From the sequence record PZ386971.1: 64,000 bases of DNA; one strand, 5' to 3'. This document shows positions 58,401-64,000 of the stretch, in pieces. The position numbers and the translations under genes were made by a program. How positions within the stretch are numbered: the first letter of the stretch is position 1; every line of letters begins with the position of its first letter. The stretch comes from a phage. Below the pieces are notes generated by a model. It worked only from the letters and a program-made list of their open reading frames with translations, did no database searches and was not told the origin of the DNA.

Positions 58401-60285
58401 GTCTACCCGTGACGTCACCACGTACACGTACACCGACAAGACGACCACTACCCTGACTGGCGAGCAGATCGTTGAAACGCAGGTAATCCCATACATGCGC
58501 AAAACGAATATCAACTTCGAAGCCACAGGTCTACGTCCGTTCACTCGTGTGTATCCGTTCTTCTCTGGACGTGATGTGAGCGCGTACTGTACCCCAAACG
58601 GTGGTGTACTGGGTGGTGCGTTGAACACTGATGCCAACGGCAACATCAAAGGTGTGTTTGCGGTTCCTCAGAACGAGACTATCAAGTTTAACACGGGCGA
58701 CAACGTCTTCCGTCTGACTGACAGTCCTGTGGATAGCAAGTCTGCTGATGATACCCTGACCAATGCCGAGGCTGTTCATAAGTCCTTCGGCAAGAAACAG
58801 GGCATCCAGAAGACTTATGTCAACACTCGCGTCCTGGGATACACTGCGACCAAGTCTACGGAAAACAAAACAGAGACGGTTGAAGTCGCGAAGTGGAAAG
58901 ATCCTATCGCCCAGTCCTTCATGGTTGCCACCAATATCGGCGGCGAATACATCGAAGGTATTGAAGTGTTCTTCTCTACCAAGTCCCGTGATATCCCGAT
59001 CACTCTGGAAATCCGTGAGATGAGCAATGGTCTGCCAGCGACGACTGTCGTCACTCGTAAGACTCTGAATCCATCAGAAGTTTCCATCTCCACAGACTCT
59101 TCTGTGCCGACGATGTTCAAGTTTGATTATCCTGTGTATCTGCAGGCGCAGACTGAGTTCGCGATTGTTCTCTTGGCCAACACTCAGGACTACAACGCAT
59201 ACATCGCAGAGATGGGTAAGAAGAACTTGCTGACCAACGAGTTCATTGCCAAACAGCCGTACACTGGCGTGTTCTTCACATCTTCAAATGGTACGACCTG
59301 GACTCCAAACCAGACTGCCGATATGAAGTTCCGTGTGTATCGCTGTAACTTCTCCGCTGGTTCAAACATCGTGACCTTCGATGCTAAAGTCGGTCCGAAG
59401 ATCCGCCCTCTGGGTCTGAACACCGTGAAATGTGTCAACGGTTCTTCAACTGTTACTGTGTACGCTCCGGGGCATGGCCTGACTGCGGGTGAAAGTGTTA
59501 CTCTGTCTGGGTTGACGGGTGGTTGCGGTTTCACTCCTGAGCAACTGAACGCTCAACACACTGTGACTGATGCGACGTTCACGACGTTCAAATTCGTTCT
59601 GAGTTCCAACGCCGACTCCGACGGTCAGATTGGTGGTGAAGCGGCTTCTTTCCTAGGCAACTACTTGGTAGACATGTTCTACGCAAGCGTCACCAATTCA
59701 GCCCTAGAAGGATCTGTATTGAAACTGGAATACCGCTATCGCGATGCGACCTCCAACTCATTCTCTGATTGGGTTGAGTTCGAATCCGACACGGACGTGT
59801 CTCTGGAGACAGAAGGTATCTATCGTCAGGTGGGCGACTTCCAGGTTCGTGCAACCATGACTCGCAACGAGAGTAATGTCTACACGGCTCCAATGATCGA
59901 CGGTGATGATTTCACTATCATCTTCAACACCTACGGTGTGGATCCGTTTGAAGATGTGTTCAGCTATGTGACCAAGGATATCGGATTCGATAACCCTTGC
60001 ACCACTCTGAAGCAATACTTCGGCGCGATGCTACCTTCTCAGTCTTCAATGACTGTGCAGGTTAAACTGCTGCGCGCAGGCCAGGAGATGGATAATGTGG
60101 CATGGGAAACTGTGGCACCGACATCCCCTCTGGTCAATGACGGTTCTACATTCTTCGAATATGAGTATGACAAGACTGTAGACAGCACCAATCCTTTCGT
60201 TGGCCTGAAGATCCGCCTGCTGGTCAGAGGCAACCGCATAGCACCGCCGTCATTCAAAGATTTCCGTTTGATTGCTCTGGCATAA
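55447..60285 (+). CDS. large virion structural protein (about 1612 aa)
   Basis: Long uninterrupted frame; start set at MQEMNLNRR downstream of candidate late promoter; Thr/Ser/Gly-rich fibrous composition. Confidence 0.55.
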   Translation: MQEMNLNRRPYWDDWNPEKRFSRILFRPAPIKVQTRELNQMQTIFQDQLEKLGNHLFKDGSMVIPGGLTITNTAVSMKFTLAGGSEFTDLEGISELYVLGKDNNAKARVLSLERYPAEPDTMYAILEMTESGSSDGFEAGDNLYFNTYDVNDNFIRVGYGVADTVGGSIVARMTKGVYFVRGMFLDVEPTTLIVDNASNSTSHRIGFKVTETIVTEAEDESLFSNAQGTPNSKAPGAHRLRVDLVLSRYGYDEEVADFVELAKVKDGRIQSMVTQSTYNILEDAMAQRTYETNGDYNVSTHQIDLREHLKENNNGGVYTPAEGGDESKFVAVMKPGISYVRGRRIENLGEELVTIDKARDTDTLNNNPVAVSTGNYLVSKNSKGVPVVSRTIRYKFLNASSDVQATALLISAERSGTEFRLYMRDLVVTGDMGTVTKVAYEESGTTMFSCELESNQFSQSSAIDLIFPLPVFGVKTLAPTGTIDINYTVLRSNKITLNAAGAGSISAPLGYSFSPEFSLYSAAKADGTAAQFDISSGLSLAGTPVGSALQISLGAGYANQSINLLALMVRTTATIKTKTVTEVTETVTFTTAASVQLGNHDGYKLVSVKNANGADVTSNFTLDGGQRDAAYYRSNLVSSTGAISGVFTVVYQYFAHSSGDFFTADSYSSINYPDIPNYVSSSSGTVYGLADSLDFRPKITNGASDTDMVRPNTAIILDAEYYLPRIDAVYLADNGVFNVARGVSSNNLASPAIPDNGMRLYELMIPPYTANIDDIQIRTIDNRRYTMRDIGKLETRISNVEYYTSLSQLESSAMSQQVFDPITGNPRFKNGIAADPFKDFRLIDDLSADWVGSIDTDNGRLRPFVQQNAIDLTPVGWNNVQDGMVVCNYTREISVRQDYATTTINVNPYAVFNWEGFLKLNPTTDYWFENYYVTPRVINETINTRGAIKEGSVYGTWRTVSVSERVWEPHGAGGVWWGYRYRTTVSTRDVTTYTYTDKTTTTLTGEQIVETQVIPYMRKTNINFEATGLRPFTRVYPFFSGRDVSAYCTPNGGVLGGALNTDANGNIKGVFAVPQNETIKFNTGDNVFRLTDSPVDSKSADDTLTNAEAVHKSFGKKQGIQKTYVNTRVLGYTATKSTENKTETVEVAKWKDPIAQSFMVATNIGGEYIEGIEVFFSTKSRDIPITLEIREMSNGLPATTVVTRKTLNPSEVSISTDSSVPTMFKFDYPVYLQAQTEFAIVLLANTQDYNAYIAEMGKKNLLTNEFIAKQPYTGVFFTSSNGTTWTPNQTADMKFRVYRCNFSAGSNIVTFDAKVGPKIRPLGLNTVKCVNGSSTVTVYAPGHGLTAGESVTLSGLTGGCGFTPEQLNAQHTVTDATFTTFKFVLSSNADSDGQIGGEAASFLGNYLVDMFYASVTNSALEGSVLKLEYRYRDATSNSFSDWVEFESDTDVSLETEGIYRQVGDFQVRATMTRNESNVYTAPMIDGDDFTIIFNTYGVDPFEDVFSYVTKDIGFDNPCTTLKQYFGAMLPSQSSMTVQVKLLRAGQEMDNVAWETVAPTSPLVNDGSTFFEYEYDKTVDSTNPFVGLKIRLLVRGNRIAPPSFKDFRLIALA

Positions 60286-60298
60286 GTAGTATTAACAA

Positions 60299-60315
60299 GG
60301 CGGGGTTGCCCCGCC
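60299..60315 (+). terminator. GC-rich hairpin after large structural gene (weak terminator or stability element)
   Basis: ggcgggg-ttg-ccccgcc perfect stem without a strong T-run. Confidence 0.3.
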
Positions 60316-60334
60316 ATTAACAGAGGATATTATC

Positions 60335-60583
60335 ATGCGTGGTGTAAAAGTACAAGGGCATGCATCGATGATGAGAAGTAGCTCTTGCCCTGGGGCTATC
60401 ATCTGCACAGACAATGCTGCCGGTTTGGCAGCATTGAACGCTCGTCGAAATCAGGAAGAAAAGGACAGAACTATTGCAGCGCAGGCAGCGCAAATAGATC
60501 AACTGACAGCGATGGTACAACTCATGGCAGAACACCTCGGGATTGAACTCCCGTCAGGAGGCCAAGATGGCAACCCAAACTGA
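60335..60583 (+). CDS. hypothetical protein
   Basis: 82-aa ORF behind GAGGAT; an antisense ORF also exists here; plus strand chosen from context. Confidence 0.35.
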   Translation: MRGVKVQGHASMMRSSSCPGAIICTDNAAGLAALNARRNQEEKDRTIAAQAAQIDQLTAMVQLMAEHLGIELPSGGQDGNPN

Positions 60584-60905
60584 CACTGTGATCGATGTGA
60601 AAGCGATCCTCACCGGGGTGCTGACGGCGACGATAGTCTCTGTTGGCTCGGTTGTTTGGATGATGGGTAAATTTGAGAATCGCCTTGATGTGGTTGAGCG
60701 TGACTCCAACAAGGTCGACCTAATCCTCACCAAGGTGAACGATATGAATGAGAAGATTGCTGTGTTAAACACAGACGTCAACTACGTTAAGCAGAACGTT
60801 GCTGAGTTGAAACTCAATAGCAACAGTCTATCTGACGACGTTCGCACTTTACGTATCACCGTCGCTGATATCCAGAGCAACAAGGGGAATGGCAATGGCC
60901 GTTAA
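60567..60905 (+). CDS. membrane-anchored coiled-coil protein
   Basis: Start at ATG 60567 behind AGGAGG; single N-terminal TM helix then heptad-like coiled-coil. Confidence 0.5.
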   Translation: MATQTDTVIDVKAILTGVLTATIVSVGSVVWMMGKFENRLDVVERDSNKVDLILTKVNDMNEKIAVLNTDVNYVKQNVAELKLNSNSLSDDVRTLRITVADIQSNKGNGNGR

Positions 60906-61647
60906 TTCTATTGTTGATCGTAAAGGATTTATGAATTACATTCTCAAGAAATTGGGGGCACCTGTAATTCAGATCAACCTTGACCCAACGCAAGTTTCGG
61001 ATGCTGTAGACGATGCTCTACAGAAGTTTTGGGAGTATCATCGTGATGGCAGTCAGGACGCATTCTTTGTTCACCAGGTGACTGAAGAAACTATCACCAA
61101 CGGTTACATCGAATTCCCCAAAGACATCGACGACGTGGTTGAAGTCATCGTTGGCCCTCCGATTGAATCGATCGGTAACTGGGCAACCCCTCAATGGCAG
61201 ATGGCCCAAGCCATGTTGGTACCAAAGGCCGCCCTCGTTTCCATCCGCTTGGTCGACTATGTTTCAATGCAACAGCGTTTGTCTGACATAACCAGTGTGC
61301 TGAACGTGAAGCGCACCTTCGTTTACAAGAAATTCCAGCGCAAACTCTACCCACAATTCGCCCTGATAAAGGACGAGGTGTTGGCGTTCAAATGCTTCCA
61401 GAACATCGACCCAGAGGTTGAGGGTAATGAAGAAGCATGGAATGATATGTGGCTGAAGGCATATGCAACTGCGTTGGTCAAGCGCCGCTGGGCAGAAGTG
61501 CTCAAGAAGGCAAGAGGCATCCGTCTCCCTGGCGGTATCGAGCTGGATGGCGATAGTATGTTCAGTGAGGCTGAAGCGGAGATCGAGCGTTTAGAGGAAG
61601 AATTGCGTACTGGTCAGCAGTACCCTATCGACTTCTACATGGGATAA
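60889..61647 (+). CDS. putative virion neck/structural protein
   Basis: 252-aa ORF in late module; role inferred from T4-like synteny only. Confidence 0.45.
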   Translation: MAMAVNSIVDRKGFMNYILKKLGAPVIQINLDPTQVSDAVDDALQKFWEYHRDGSQDAFFVHQVTEETITNGYIEFPKDIDDVVEVIVGPPIESIGNWATPQWQMAQAMLVPKAALVSIRLVDYVSMQQRLSDITSVLNVKRTFVYKKFQRKLYPQFALIKDEVLAFKCFQNIDPEVEGNEEAWNDMWLKAYATALVKRRWAEVLKKARGIRLPGGIELDGDSMFSEAEAEIERLEEELRTGQQYPIDFYMG

Positions 61648-61650
61648 GGA

Positions 61651-61678
61651 AAGGCGGGATTACCCGCCCTTCTTTTAG
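61651..61678. terminator. bidirectional intrinsic terminator
   Basis: ggcggg-atta-cccgcc hairpin then CTTCTTTTAG. Confidence 0.5.
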
Positions 61679-61887
61679 ATTTTCAAATCCAGGTTTCCGT
61701 TGCCACTACCACGCAGCAGACCGTCTTCTGTCTTGTCTTTGGAGTTCCACCACTCAATGAAGTCTGTGCCATCTACTTCTTTCACCAGACCGACGATGTC
61801 GTAATCACCACCTCCAATCTTGGCGTCTACACAGATGATTCGGACGCGACGACCGCTGCGAACTTCTTTGATGTCTTCCACTTGCAT
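61675..61887 (-). CDS. small hypothetical protein (opposite strand inside late module)
   Basis: 70-aa ORF between plus-strand structural genes. Confidence 0.35.
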   Translation of the reverse strand: MQVEDIKEVRSGRRVRIICVDAKIGGGDYDIVGLVKEVDGTDFIEWWNSKDKTEDGLLRGSGNGNLDLKI

Positions 61888-61916
61888 GAGCTATTCCTCA
61901 AAAGAATAAACTTCGA

Positions 61917-61925
61917 CTAAATACC
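61917..61925 (+). promoter_or_regulatory. candidate late promoter (CTAAATAcc)
   Basis: 22 nt upstream of ATG 61947, followed by imperfect leader inverted repeat. Confidence 0.4.
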
Positions 61926-61946
61926 TTCAAAATTGAGGGTATCGAT

Positions 61947-62597
61947 ATGGCCACTTCTAAATATTTCAACGCCACCAATCACCAAGGCACACAGAAGCTG
62001 ATTGAAGATTTGGTACAGGAAATGATTGAGTTGCGCGGGATAGACATCAAGTATATACCCCGTTCCATCGTTGAAAAATTTCCTATCACCAACGATGCTA
62101 ACCACAGATTCGACCAGGCGTTCGACATCGAAGCATACATGCAGGATTACCAGGGCTTCAACACCCAGATGTGGGAGAAGTTTGGGGGTATCCAATTGCA
62201 AGACGAAGTGACGTTCTCTATCTCGCGCCGCCGATTTGCTGAGGTGATAGGCAACGGTGTTGGGTTTGAACAACAACCTCAGGAAGGTGACCTGATCTAT
62301 CTACCACTGGCGAACAAGATCTTCAAGGTCAACAACCCGAACAACGATGAAGACTTCATGCAATTTGGCAAATGGTATACGTTCTCTCTACCGTGCACGT
62401 TGTTCCAGTACGGCAACGAAAACTTCGATACGGGCGTTCCGGAGATCGACGATATCGACAAACGTCTGTCCATCTTGGACGAAGAGAACGAACCGGACGT
62501 GTACAAGGATTCTTCTCTACAGACCGACAATGCTTTAGCAGATGTTCTTGAGAAGGGACTTGCAACAGACAAGATGAAGATCGACTTTGGAGAATAA
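61947..62597 (+). CDS. putative virion neck/structural protein
   Basis: 216-aa ORF with late promoter motif upstream; role inferred from synteny. Confidence 0.45.
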   Translation: MATSKYFNATNHQGTQKLIEDLVQEMIELRGIDIKYIPRSIVEKFPITNDANHRFDQAFDIEAYMQDYQGFNTQMWEKFGGIQLQDEVTFSISRRRFAEVIGNGVGFEQQPQEGDLIYLPLANKIFKVNNPNNDEDFMQFGKWYTFSLPCTLFQYGNENFDTGVPEIDDIDKRLSILDEENEPDVYKDSSLQTDNALADVLEKGLATDKMKIDFGE

Positions 62598-62599
62598 TC

Positions 62600-63295
62600 A
62601 TGGCCAGACCATTTGAAAATTACTTCTACCATGATTCATTGATGAAATACATCAATCTGTTTGCCACCATTATGTCTGACCTGAAGGTGAACACAGAGCG
62701 TGGACTTATGGAAGTCCCATTACACATGGCCATCGGGAGACGCAATGACCTCAACAGGAACGTGCCGTCCAACATGCTTCCATTTGCGACTTTCTCTTTT
62801 GGTCAGTTTGAAATCAACAAACAGGTGACGAAGACGTACCACAATCGACAATCGACACCAACAGCAGGGGCGAAGCAGCGAATCCCCCTGATTATCGATT
62901 TTGAGTACAATATCCGAACCAAGAAATTGGTTGAGATGTTACAGGTGCTAGAGCAGGTTTATTCGGTATTCACTCCCTCTCTAGACTGTGGTATCAAGGA
63001 CAACGATACACTACAGCAAGACCAGAAGATCAAGATCCAACTGGTTAGCCACCAGATGTCCGATAACTGGGAAGGGGATGCTTCTGATTCACCACACGTC
63101 GACTGCTCCTTCATGTTCCAGCTGAGTGGCTTCATCTACGGGTATGACTATTGGGTGGACAACGGTGGAGGTGGGGATCCTAACGGGATCAAAGAGATAA
63201 TTATCGAAATGTCTAATGATTTGAAAACACCGTGGACGGAACTGCCAGAGTGGTTCCGTGTTGACAAAGACGGTGTACATCATCCTGGAGATTGA
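62600..63295 (+). CDS. putative tail-completion/neck-associated structural protein
   Basis: 231-aa ORF 2 nt after preceding gene; role inferred from synteny. Confidence 0.45.
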   Translation: MARPFENYFYHDSLMKYINLFATIMSDLKVNTERGLMEVPLHMAIGRRNDLNRNVPSNMLPFATFSFGQFEINKQVTKTYHNRQSTPTAGAKQRIPLIIDFEYNIRTKKLVEMLQVLEQVYSVFTPSLDCGIKDNDTLQQDQKIKIQLVSHQMSDNWEGDASDSPHVDCSFMFQLSGFIYGYDYWVDNGGGGDPNGIKEIIIEMSNDLKTPWTELPEWFRVDKDGVHHPGD

Positions 63296-63297
63296 TT

Positions 63298-64000
63298 ATG
63301 AGTGCTATGTCAGAACGCCTATTATCCACCCTCAGTGCTATCCAAGCGCGAGATGAGGTCGCTCAAGAAGTCATGGAGAAGACCTCGCCTGTGGCTGGAA
63401 AAGATTACGATCCGGATACAGGTGAATGGTTGGGTGAAAAGCCTGCGGGGTATGAGTCTGCGGGGTATGAGCCTGTGGTGTTTCCTCCTTCATTGGACCC
63501 AGAAGAGCTGAAGCCCAAGGAGTCTAAGGTTCCAGACTTCGAAGACACTGATGCCACCACCGACTACAAACGCATCCGTGACACGACTTATGCCATGCAG
63601 GAAGCCACGATGTTCATGATGGGACAGGCAGCCAAACTTGCGACGACGACTGAAGCACCCCGTGCCTTCACAGTCTTTAAAGAGTTGGGTGAACTCATGC
63701 GCGGTCTGAACAAAGACCTGATGGAGAACCAGAAAACTATCAAGGCAGTCACGGGCGACAGAGAGCCACCTCCTGGAGATGAAACAACCGTCGAGGTCAC
63801 CACGTCCCCTGATGGCACAACCACGGTCAACGTCGGTAAACAGGCCAGGTCTTCCCGTGATCTACTGAAGACCATCGAAGACGCCCGTAAACGTGCTGAA
63901 GAACGTGCTGCAGCGAAAGCTGCGTCCAAAGGACCTGATCCCGAAGAAGATGTAATCGACGTTCAGGCCGAGCCGCAGCCGAAGGAAGAAGGTGAAGACA
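63298..64000 (+). CDS. hypothetical protein, partial (possibly small-terminase-position gene)
   Basis: ATG 63298 two nt after preceding stop; frame open to window end (234+ codons); absent from ORF track because no stop lies in window. Confidence 0.45.
   Translation, partial: MSAMSERLLSTLSAIQARDEVAQEVMEKTSPVAGKDYDPDTGEWLGEKPAGYESAGYEPVVFPPSLDPEELKPKESKVPDFEDTDATTDYKRIRDTTYAMQEATMFMMGQAAKLATTTEAPRAFTVFKELGELMRGLNKDLMENQKTIKAVTGDREPPPGDETTVEVTTSPDGTTTVNVGKQARSSRDLLKTIEDARKRAEERAAAKAASKGPDPEEDVIDVQAEPQPKEEGED

Noticed and set aside
1-64000. Prophage or integrative element
   Set aside because: No integrase, recombinase, transposase or attachment-site-like direct repeats were seen; gene content is that of a virulent T4-like phage.

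Overview
The window looks like part of a lytic T4-like myovirus of the Ackermannviridae (ViI/CBA120-like) type; this assignment is inferred from motifs and gene order read by eye, with no database search run. Layout: (1) 1-36.3 kb is almost entirely minus-strand early/middle genes: dCMP deaminase, metallophosphoesterase, DEDDh exonuclease, macro-domain protein, two-subunit type II topoisomerase, NADAR-like protein, Ig-like protein, rIIA/rIIB-like pair, LemA-family plus Cys-rich membrane protein pair, a candidate thymidine-hypermodification set (P-loop kinase, aGPT-pyrophosphorylase-like, PLP enzyme, HAD hydrolase) and family-B DNA polymerase. (2) 36.4-39.6 kb holds a minus-strand tRNA cluster (Ser-GCU, Tyr-GUA, Asn-GUU, Met-CAU called) ending in an intrinsic terminator, followed by about 1.8 kb of ORF-poor, hairpin-rich DNA. 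(3) 40.5-64 kb is a plus-strand late structural module: gp6-like baseplate wedge protein, a tail fiber with internal repeats, four consecutive tailspike genes sharing a ~130-aa module, a ~1600-aa structural protein and probable neck/tail-completion genes. A recurring CTAAATAc motif (T4 late-promoter-like) followed by a conserved leader hairpin precedes many late genes. No integrase, transposase or CRISPR array was seen. The most interesting candidates are the macro-domain and NADAR-like proteins (possible counter-defence against DNA ADP-ribosylation), the LemA/Cys-rich membrane pair, the hypermodification genes, the modular tailspike locus and the structured non-coding region.
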